Part shown: positions 24,437-34,684 of the stretch, in pieces
Position numbering within the stretch: the stretch's first letter is position 1
How the letters are laid out: each line of letters opens with the position of its first letter
Source of the DNA: Hyaloraphidium curvatum SAG 235-1
Taxonomy: Eukaryota > Fungi > Monoblepharomycota
DNA length: 64,000 nt
Assembly: GCA_025558095.1 (NCBI GenBank)
Contig: JAIVFI010000013.1
Coordinates: 310,001-374,000, forward strand
Direction of reading: 5' to 3'
Program-made: the position numbers and the translations under genes
Notes under the pieces: model-generated
Seen by the model: the letters and a program-made list of their open reading frames with translations, nothing else
Databases searched by the model: none
Told to the model about the DNA's origin: nothing

Positions 24437-27400
24437 ATGCCGCCCAAGAAGAGCACCAAGTCGCGCGGAAAACAACCGGCGGCACCTCCGGCAACTCCCG
24501 CGCAGGGTCCCGCGGCGGCGGGCGCGGCGGGTGCGCCGGGCGTCCCGACGACACCTGCACCGGCCCCCGCGCCACCAGTGGCTCCTCACGGGGACGCACC
24601 AACCGGCTCTGCACATCTTCCAGCTCAGCCGGGCACAGGTGGCCCTCAGGTAGGGTCGGACATGCTGCCGGGCGCCTTCCCATCGGAACGCCCTCGGACG
24701 CCCTGATGCCCACCTGTCGCCCCCCCAGATCAACGTCATTCCCGCGTTCGTCCCAGATCCGACGAGACTAGCGCATCCTCAGCTGACGGAGGCGCTCGCG
24801 GAAGCCAACCGGCGATCCATCGACGAGTACAAGTCGTTTTTGTCCACCAGCGTCAAGGATGCGCTCAAGACCAAGTTTGCCCGGGCCGCTTTTCAAGCCG
24901 TCGGACCTCTGGACGTCTTGTATCGCTGGCTTCGGAGCGTACCCAACCCCCGCGGCGCTTTTCTGGATTTCGTGGACAACCTGGAAGCAGCAAGGCTGCT
25001 CGACAGCGACGACCTCAAGGGTGCGAAAGGCCTCAAGGAGCTCATGGAGAAGGATCCGAAAGACCCTCTGCATACTAAGTTCACCAAGAAGGTTTTCCAG
25101 GTGCGGGAGCAGCAGCAAGCGGCTTGCCCCGCTTGCAATCTAACGCACATCGGATGCCAGGCCGCAATCGCCCGGCAAATGAACGTGCAGGCGGCACCAG
25201 CACCCGCTGCCACTGCGCAGGCCGGCCCTGCTGCTGCGGAACCGCAGCGCGAGGTTGCAGCTTCTGTGGTTACCAGGCCCCTTGCAGCGTTGAAGCCGCT
25301 CACGGACAAGGACGCCAAGTCCCTGTTCGGCGAATCGGCGCCCACGTTCCTGGAGCCGGCCGTCGACGCGGCCAAGCAGCGCAGCGTCAGGGTCCCGATA
25401 GCAACCGCCTTCTTCAAGTGGGCCGCTCGGGGTGCCTCGATTCCGTCGGTCGAGGGCGCATCCGGGCCAACGTGGTCCGAGTTTCGGGAGGTGATGGAGG
25501 AGCGGAGGCGGACGTGGAGTGAGGCGGGCATGACTTTCGGGGAGGGACTGTACCATAGGTTCCTGGACGCCATGCGGGCCGAGGGCTTTGATGCCAAGTC
25601 TGGTCACCTGGACGAGCTCAGGCGCTTTCTGACGATCGCCAAGGACGAGGGCACGGGGCGCGACAAGGTTGGCGGCTACCCTGGACAGCTCGCACGGGCC
25701 TGCTGATCACGTCCACCTCTGTTGCAGACCAAGTCTGAATTCGAGTTCCTCCTCGAGGTGGGCTCCCGCGGCAACGCAAACGGTTCGACGCTTCAGCTGA
25801 CTTTACCGCACTTCCTCTGCCGAATCAGAACGAGGAGCTCGAATCGGGCGTGACAATCACGTCCGGCTTTGTCCGGAAGCTCAACGACCTGCTCCAGGAC
25901 GACGGTAGCGCGGGAGCCCAGGTCGGGCAGGAGCAGACGCTGCCGCTAGCCAAGGTTGGCACTGTTCCCATACTGCGAACCGCATGCTGCGAAACTGACC
26001 GGGCGTTCGCCTCCTACAGACCATCTCGGACCTGATCGAGTCGGTCGTCTCGAACGACGACGGGGTCCGGACGGACCTCATCTTCTGCCTGGACTTTGCC
26101 TACAGCAAGGACCTCACGACGTTGTTGGAGCACTTCCAGAGGGAGCGCATCGAAGGAATCCGCAAACGGGTCGTGTCGAGCACCCGGAACGGCAAGGTCA
26201 GGCCCGCGGTCCTGGAACGGCTCAAGGAGGGTTCCCAGGTCGATCGGCACCTGAGGCGCTACATCGTGAGCTCCACCTACCTGCGCGTGCGAAACAGCGG
26301 CCTGACGGGCCCGCCTTCCCCAGAAGCAGCACGCTACCGCCGCGGCCCAGAGCACGACCCGGCGGGAGCGAGGAACACGCCGCCAGGCGGTTGGTTTCCA
26401 GGTGCGCGAGTCGCATGCGTACTTTCGCCTCGCGCCGGGCACGAGCTCGATCCAGACCCACGTGAGTGCATACGGCGACGGCGATCATGCCGCGGTGCTC
26501 ACCGTGCTTTCGCGGCCGGAACCAGGAATCCCGCAAATCGGATAGAGAGCTGCAGGTCGCCGAAGGCCGCCGCACCTCGCGGAGGCAGCCGGAACCACGG
26601 GCAGTGCACTCGGCCATGTCTTCGGCACCCGGGTCTCGGGGCCATTCACCCAAGCGCCGCCGAGTAGCTTCGGGAGGGCCGGAGTATCTGGTCACGGACG
26701 ACGGTTCGTCGCCGGGACGGATGCTGATGGAGGCGGAGCAGACGGCGCAACCGGCTCGTCCGGATTCGGGACTCCTTGAGCAGGCGGAACGACGCTTCCG
26801 AAGGGAAGGAGCAGCTGTTGAGAACGACCTCAACGTGAGCATCCACCAGTGGCTCGGAGAGCATCCCTGACGCGCTTGCCGGCCGCACAGTACAACGCAC
26901 CGGCCGCCCCTCCCGGTCACGTCCTCGTGCTGACACCGGCGGATCTGCTCGAGCGCGGATTCGGTGTCCGCGACCCGGCCTTGATCAAGGACTACAGGAC
27001 AAACCTCGCCGCCTGGCGTTTTCTGGAGAGGAGCGGCGGCACCACCTCTCGCCGCCCGACCAAGAAGGAACCGTCGTGGACCGTATCGGAAGACTTTGAC
27101 GAGCGCTTCCAGATGCAAATGCTTTACGGTTCGAAGGACAGCTTCGCTCATGGCATCCTACGCCTTGCCGTGCCACGTTTTGCTACCCCCGAGGACAAGG
27201 AGAAGAAGGAGGCCGAGGTCGCGGCCTCCTGGACCACGGGCTGCGAAGCCGAGGTCATGGAGGCCTGTGGGAAGCCCTGGGAGGACCTGAAGCAGGGAAC
27301 TCGGGAGTGGATGAAGGCGCTCGAGATCAAGCGGCGCTTCAAGAAGCTGAAGGACAAGGCGCTGAAGGAGCTCATCGACGAGGACGCCAAGTTCCGTCGA

Positions 27401-30400
27401 CGCGTGCTTTTCGAATTTCGCGCAGACAGTCGGCGGACGGCGGTTCCCCGAGACAAGCGGCGGGCTTCCGCAGGCCGTGCACCCGCCGCGCCGCCCCCGC
27501 CGGATCCCGCCCCGCTGCAGAGGAAGCGCGGTCGGGCGCCGGCGCCGCCTCCCGCCGCAGCTCCTCAAGCCCCGTCGACGGCAGCGCTTTCCCCGCCCCC
27601 GGTGCCCCCGGTCGACCCGCGCAGGCCGGCGGCCCCGGTGCACAACAGCAACGCGACCCCCGTCGTGCAGCCCGAGCCCACCGGATACGGGGATTTCCAG
27701 TCCCTGCACCAGTTGTTCTTTGCGTGCGACCGAGCACTCGAGCACGCCATCCAGGAGGGGCCAGCCGCAGATCGCGCCGCGCTGGAGGAGGAGAGGAAGG
27801 CGCTGGGGACGGCAGTGGATTTACTTCGTATGCGCGTACCCGCACGGGCCTTCCACTCGCTGTCTGTGTTCGCGGACGTTTGCAGCCGTCCTGTGGACAC
27901 GCAGGAACAGGTCTTCAACGTGTGCTCCGTCGGCGGCAGGGCGCTTGACGCTGTGCTCCGTGCGTTCAACTTGCTCAAGTTCCAGCCGGGAGTCAATTTT
28001 GGTAACCGCGTGGTGCTGGACGAAAGCTCAATTTGCGCGTGGGTTGGATCCGACCTGCAGTTTGCCGGTCATGCTGAGCTTCCTCATCGTTTGCAGGTAC
28101 TGTGACGGCCCAATCAAGGAGGTCGTTGCCGCTTGCAAGCACCATTCTCCGGCGAACCTCGAGATGATCAAGGCCCGTCACATGGCGGGGCACTTCTCGG
28201 CCTACGCCAATAAGGACGCACCTCAGCAAGTGGTGGATTTCCCTTCATTACTTCGCCAGATTGCCGAGAGGGACGGGCTGCAGGCGGTCGAGTCCTTCGT
28301 GTACGTGCCGCACCGCCCGCCGTCAAGCGCACGCAGCTGACGAGCTCATTTCCCTCCAGGCTCCGGAACCACGCTCAGAACGGCATCGGTTGCGGGAGCC
28401 TGGGAAAGGTCGTGCCCGCACTTTGGAGTGGGAAGCACTTCATCGACGGCGTCAGGAATGCGTTAGAGATCGGTGAGTGACATTCAGACTGCCTAGGTCG
28501 GCGTTCCTAATCGCGCGACATCACCGCGCCAGGCGCAACCTGGATCGATCCGTTTTGGAGGCAACTGATCGAGTCCGACCCTCGGGCGGTGCCATCCCCT
28601 CCCGGATCTTCATCTGCGGCTCCTTCGCACCCTCCCGCCCGCGCAGCGCCCCCCTCCACTCCCGCACCCAAACCCCACCCCTCAACCAATGCCCCGCCGC
28701 TGACGAAGGAGGCCGCTGCCCTGCCGCCGCGGCCGTCGTGCGTGGTTTGCGGCGGAGCCCCCGGCAAGTGCAAGTCGGACTGTGACCCGCAGCTGCGCGC
28801 CTACTTCGACCAGATCGCGGATGCCTGGGATCCCGAGAGGAAAAGGCATTTCCGCGTATCCGTTGGTGTTTCGTCGCCCGCGTCATTCGAAAGGATGCTC
28901 ACGCTTCGGCTCGCCAGACCGAGTTCCTCACGCGCCCTGCCAAGAACCTCATCTCCTCCCTGCTCCCGCACATCCGCGCGCTTCTCCAGCGGGCGATTGC
29001 CGATCATTCATTCCAGCGGAGACTCCGTCAGGAGCTTCCTGGATTCATCCATCTCGGTCTTGACATGTGGCTCAAGGAGAACGAGCATGGCTCTTTTGTC
29101 GTGGACGACGCCTCGATGTACTACCTCGCTCGCCTTCGTAAGTGGTTTCCTCCCCGCCACGACTCTTCTGACGTTCTGGCAGTGGGCACTCGCAATTCGG
29201 AACGCGAACCCTTCAAGCCCAACACCGCGGACAAGGGGCTGGACGCGGCACGCGTCCGCGTCACCGAGTTTTTCCGGAGAAAGGTCCTTCCCCGGTTCCT
29301 CAAGCTGATCAAGGAGACCGAGCTCATGGGATCCTTCTGGGGCGCGGACGTCGTGGACTCGGTGCGTTTCTGCCTACCGCTCCGTTCCAGCAGTGGATCT
29401 CCTAACCCTCAATGCAGACCGGGCAGTCCATTTCGAGCCAGATCCTTGTCTCTTATTGTAATCAGCTCAAGAGCATTGACCGCCCGCTCGGCAAGCTGAT
29501 CAGGGGCAGGTTCGTGGACGCCGGAATGCCGTCGGGCCTGGTGGGCCGTCTGGCCCAACGCGCGCTTGCCGTGCTCTTTGACAACGTGCCGGCTGAACTC
29601 ATGGTGGGCACGGACTTTATCGAGGCCATCGCCGCCCCGAGCGATGCCGCGGGGGACGCATCGACGGACGACAAGGACAGCGACGAAGCCAATCTCGCCG
29701 CGGAACTCGAACAGGTGAAGGAGGAGGACGGGGTCGGCAAGGACGACGGGCATAAGGCCGGAGAGCGCGAGCAGAAGCTTTTCCAGACCGTGCTCCGCGA
29801 GTGCCTCGACATCATGCGGCTGCTCCCCCAAGATTCGCGGGATCTCCTGGGGCACCTGCACTCTGAGGTAACTTTGCGCGCCCTTCCGCTGCCTTTGCGC
29901 GTTCTGCGTGTGGCTAATCCATGCCTTGCGATAGAAACGCTTCCCGCCGAGGCCCGAGCTGGGCTGGGAACTCTGGCGCAGGAAGGAGTCTGAGAAGGCG
30001 AGCTTCGACGACGTTTGGTCCAGCTGAGCGCTCACGTCATGCAATCAGGGCGTTGTCGTGCCTGTGAACGAGGCCAAGGAGGCCTTCAACAAGCTCCCGG
30101 ATCCGGTCAAAAAGGCGAGTAGTCGCGGCAATTTTGAAGTCATCGTCCGTGACCGCCGCCCTTCTGCAGCCGTTCGTTGACGTCTTTGAGCGCAACAATG
30201 CGCTCTGGCTCGAGCAGGTGGACCTCATGGCACGCGGCCGTCAGCGCAAGTGCCCCGAGTACGAGGACGCCCCGCCGGAGTACAAGGACCTCTCCGGGCG
30301 GCCGATCGCGGCCAGCTGGATCCCGTACCAGAAGAAGGAGGCCAAGGTGAGCTTTGCCGGCTCCGCAAGCTGACCTCCTCACGTGCCGTCCTTTCAGGGC

Positions 30401-33400
30401 CCGCGGGATCCGAAGACGGTACCTGTGGATTTACAGACCATTGCCACCTACGTCGCCGGGCTGCGCGACGGCAACTTCGCCCAGGCGCCGGAGGAGCAGA
30501 AGAAGAAGTCAAAGGCTTTCACCACCTCGTCGGGGGACAAGGCTTGGACTAACGACCCGAAGATCATCACCCCGATAGCCAAGGCTCACCAGGTCGTCCT
30601 GTCCAAGATCGAGGAAATCAACAGGACCCGGATCGAGGCCCGCAAAAAGTTCGATGAGGACGAGAAGGCTGTCGCCAGGGCGTCCGCGCCGCCTGATGCC
30701 GTCGCCAGCGAGCATGCGGCTGAGGGGACGGAGGCCGACGTGGACATGGATGCGGCGGCCGAGGACAAGGATGCGTTGGCGAGCGCTGCGGAAGCAGCTG
30801 CTCCGGACGTCAACCCGTCCACCGGCACCCGGTATCCCGGCGACGGCCGGTCGTCACAGCTCAACCCCGCCTACAAGCAGGCCGGCAAGGCCGTCCTCAA
30901 GGCGGTGGTCGCGGCAGCTGTGGAGGGCAAGGGGACCGGCGCCCACGGCCAGGTGCCGCCTCCGCGGCAGAACGACCTCGACGCCGATGCTGGCCGCGGC
31001 GTGCCTGCGAAGCCCGCACCGAAACCGGCAGCGCAGCCGTCGTCGTCGGGCAGGCGGGCGCCTCCTCGACCAATCAAGGTGGTCGATCTCGGCATGACGT
31101 ACAGCACTTACGCCAAGTCGTTCGAAACGTTCGGCAAGGATGCCATCATCCGGCTCCTGCAAAGGTGCGTTGAGGTCTCCCTCCTCTTCCGCCCTTCGCA
31201 GATTGACGATCTTGGTGCCTTCATCAGCGTGGAGGGGTCTCCGATCACAGGCATCACCAACAAGAGCTTCGAGTCCACCCTCTTCGGCAACGGATACGCG
31301 ACGTTTGCGGCCCATATATGGGATCTGTCGGACTTTGCGCCGGAGCTTGCCGGACGGGGGCCGGAGCTCTGGACGTTCCACAGCGCGCTCACGAACGGAG
31401 AGTCCGTGAACTACGTCTTCGAGAAGCACGTGCTCAAGGAGGTGGACGATAAAGGGCGTCCGATCGGTGCTCGTCGGCCCGCAAGCACCAAGGCGGAGAA
31501 GGAAAAGCGGGCCGAGGAGGCGGAGAAGAAGAAGTGGGAGGATTACAAGAGTGTGTCTCGCTCGCTTCTCGACCCCTTGGCGTCAGATCCGGCTGACTCG
31601 GTCATCGCTTCAGAGTTCCTTGACGAGGGCGTCAAGCTTGCTCAGCTCGACGAGCTGCTGGCGTTAATCATCCCCTCAAACGATCCGGGCGAGCGCAACC
31701 TCCTTTGCGGCACCCGAAACCTGAACAAGCCTCAGTTTCGTGTCGTGAAAAACGCCTGCGACAAGCCGCCCGTCAACCCCAAGACGGGGGAGGTGATTGA
31801 TGTCGCACCGCTGCTGCAGAAGGTCTACGTCCGCAACGAGGACGGCACCTGCACCACCTGGGTCAAGTCGTGCAGGCGTGATCCCATCACAGGGATGCTC
31901 ACCGGAATCGAGCTCCGCGAGGAAGTGACGCTGGCGGACAAGGCGGACAAGGCGGAAAAGTACTGGCAGGAGCACGGCGTCAATCCCGATCAGCTTGAGG
32001 GCCTCAAGAAGCTCAAGCCGCATCGTCCGGCTGAGAACCAGGAACCCAAGGACACGTACGGGTCCACTTGGCAATCGATGCGCGGCCCGCGGCCGCCGAA
32101 GCGCTCGGACGACTCGGTGGGACGGCCGCGTTCCGCCAACGTCGACGACAGCTTCTCTCGCCGCAAGTGGAGCGACAACGAGCTCGTGCTCGAGTGGCTG
32201 CTTTGGACCAAGCGCAACTACCGTTGCCTGCCTCACGACTGGGACGAGGCGGAGCACGGACCGATGGCGCAGAGGGGTCGGGAGGAGCGTGCTCGCGCAA
32301 AGGCCGAGAGGGAGAAGGAGCGCGCCCAGAGGCAGCAGGCCGAGAGCGCGGGGGCGGCGGACACGGGCTCGGACCTCGAGGGCGCGGAAGCCATGGACAC
32401 GGCGTCGGAAGCCGGATCGGCCTCTGGCTCGGCCGGATCCGGAGGTGGCGATGCGGGCGGTGCGGAGCTGGAGAACGTCATGGCCGACGCGGGAGGAGAC
32501 GACGCCCAAGACGAGGGAGCCATGGCCGCAGAATTCGAAGGCGACGTCGACGAGCAGCTGGAAGCCGGACACGAAGCGGCCGAGGAGGAGCTCGATTCCG
32601 ACTACGAGAGCGACGCTTCCTCGTCGTCTTCCTCGGGCAGTTCCGAGTACAAGCCTGCTGCCGCGAGGAAGCCGAAGCGCGCGCCGAGCAAGCCGGCAAA
32701 GGAGGCGTCGAAAAGCTCTCGAAAGGCGAAGGCTTCGAAGCGGTCTCTCGTGTTCATCGACGAGGACGAGGAGGAGCCCGAGATCCCCCAGCAGGAGATG
32801 CAGCGCAACAAGGAGATGTGGCTTGCTCTGGGAATGCTGCCGCGCAAGAACGCTTTCCGCGCCGAGGCCATCTACAGCCTTTCGAAGCAGGAGCACCGCC
32901 GCCAGTGCGGCTTCATCGAGTACCAGAGGGAGTCGGACAAGTTCAAGAAGGCTCACAAGCTTCCGGTGGGCGTGTCGCTGCTGCCCTCGCTGCTTTGCCT
33001 GACGGTGTATGCTCAGCACTGCTACGTCGTGGACCACGAGGAGGTCGAGAAGCGGAAGCGGGGCGAGTCGGACAGGACGGATCTCCCGATCAAGAAGCTC
33101 GAAGGCGAGATGACGCTCAAGGAGTGGGAATCGGGCCTTCCCACCAAGCGCACGACGGATCCGGACAAACTCGTTCTGTTTTTGGCCTGCCACTTGAACA
33201 CACAGCTGCCCGTTTACGGTACGCTGAAGCGTTTGCCGCGAGCCGCTCTCGTCTGACCCGTGTTCCGCCCCTCCAGAGTTCTACAAGCGTCATCAGCTTA
33301 CGTGGGCATCCTCTCTTTGCGAACACCGGGTCCAGCATCTAACGCGTTGCTTTGCGCAGTGACCTGAAGCGCAGGGTGACGGCCCGGGCGGCGGCCACGG

Positions 33401-34227
33401 TCGACCGTTTCGTGGAGGAGTTCGTGAGCCCCTTCTGGATGCGGGTCCCGATCGAGAGGGCCAGGAAGCTCGACGGCATCTGCAAGAACAAGAAGATCAA
33501 GATCGAGATGATGTTTCCCGACGCCTCCCGCTTCTCCGACCCTCCGTACCTCGGCAGGCGGAGGAAGAAGAAGCCTCCCGACAAGGACGACGCCAAGAAG
33601 CAGGAGGAGGCCGACAAGGAGGTCCTCCGCAAGGCGAAGGAGGGCGAGGTGTTCATCCGGATGTTTGTGGCGCCTACTCTTGTCGACGGAGACGCAGTGT
33701 GGCCCCACACTATCCGCGGTTCCACCCACGCCCCTACTTTGCGCGTGAGTCTCTTTGCTGATCCTTTTCCGCGGCAATCCACTGATCGATCACCATCTTG
33801 CAGTACGCGGCGGCCTTTGACCGGCTCCACGCTCGCTGGAATCTCCCTGGCAGCGAACGCAGGATGCTGAAGGCTCCGATGAAGGAGTACCACACTTCGG
33901 CATGCTGCAGCAGCTGCTTGGTGAGCTGGAAATGGCAGTCGCGGCCGTCTCCGTTCTGACACTCCGCCAATCGCAGGAGACGCGCCTGAGGATGGCGGCT
34001 TCCCGCTTCGTTGAACGCAGGAAGCTGATCTGGGGTGTCAAAAGTGAGTTTGAGACTCCTAAACACATCGCCCGACCCGGATTGACACGTCGATCGCGGC
34101 AGAGTGTATCCGATGCCACATCATGTGGAACCGCGATGTCAACGCGGGTCGGAACATGGTGCACCTCTTTGTCTTTGGGTGCCTGACCGGCGGCATGCGG
34201 CCTCCTGCTTTCCGCGTTGGGTATTGA
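24437..34227 (+). CDS. Giant Fanzor1 (TnpB-like RNA-guided endonuclease), about 24 introns, about 2,800 aa
   Basis: Exons chain in phase from MPPKKSTK to ...MRPPAFRVGY*. Fanzor1 motifs occur in order: TVPVDLQTI, FHSALTNGESVNYVFEK, RuvC-I SNDPGERNLL (D 31682-84), YSLSKQEHRRQCG, PTKRTTD, EFYKR, VDGDAVW..IRGSTHAP, KEYHTSACCSSC (E 33885-87), WGVKKCIRC, WNRDVNAGRNM (D 34135-37), RPPAF. Confidence 0.9.
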
Positions 34228-34320
34228 TGGGGTTTTGGGTGGGGCCGTGGCAGAGCGGCGTAACTGCCACGTTGCCCCTTGTGTGGGGATTACTAGTTGC
34301 ATCTGTATTAAGTCTCAGTA
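34228..34320 (+). ncRNA. Putative Fanzor omegaRNA scaffold (guide expected to read into the flank)
   Basis: Immediately 3' of the Fanzor stop is a hairpin, GGGGC-CGTGGCAG (34241-53) / CTGCCACG-TT-GCCCC (34264-78). The position matches known TnpB/Fanzor omegaRNA loci. Confidence 0.6.
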
Positions 34321-34684
34321 CAGAACCAACTCGTCCCCTTGCCAAGCTCCGTCGCTAGGCACCGAGCCAGCGCATACATCATCGTACGCCCCTGTCGTTA
34401 CTGCCTCCACTGGAGTTGGTCAGTTTCCGGCGGATCCGCACCCAGTTGGGCTTCGTCACCCGTTCCCACATGCCAGAGCCATGGAGTTGACGATCGGCTG
34501 CCGGGACGTTGCTTGATCGCATCATCGGAGTCTCGGAATCAAAGCTAAAGGGCGATCAGCGGGATTTGCGACGATTCCGGGCGAGTTGGATTGGACGCCC
34601 CAGCGCACCACTGCGCAGAAAAGTCGTTTCGTTCCTCCCCTCCCCTTCCCGCCCGTCTGCTGACCGCAGCGCGAGGCGACCACC

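Larger units (their letters stand above)
11361..34318 (+). mobile_element. Putative giant IS630/Tc1-Fanzor1 composite DNA transposon with cargo (ends approximate)
   Basis: A DDE transposase lies at the left end and Fanzor1 plus a hairpin at the right end. No recognisable housekeeping gene occurs for 23 kb between two divergent host genes. Candidate TA dinucleotides flank the block (11359-60, 34319-20), with only weak terminal similarity. Confidence 0.6.

Noticed and set aside
31073-31095. IKVVDLG as the Fanzor RuvC-I motif
   Set aside because: It lies upstream of the TNGESV (TDG-like) motif. SNDPGERNLL at 31676-31705 fits the motif order and consensus better.
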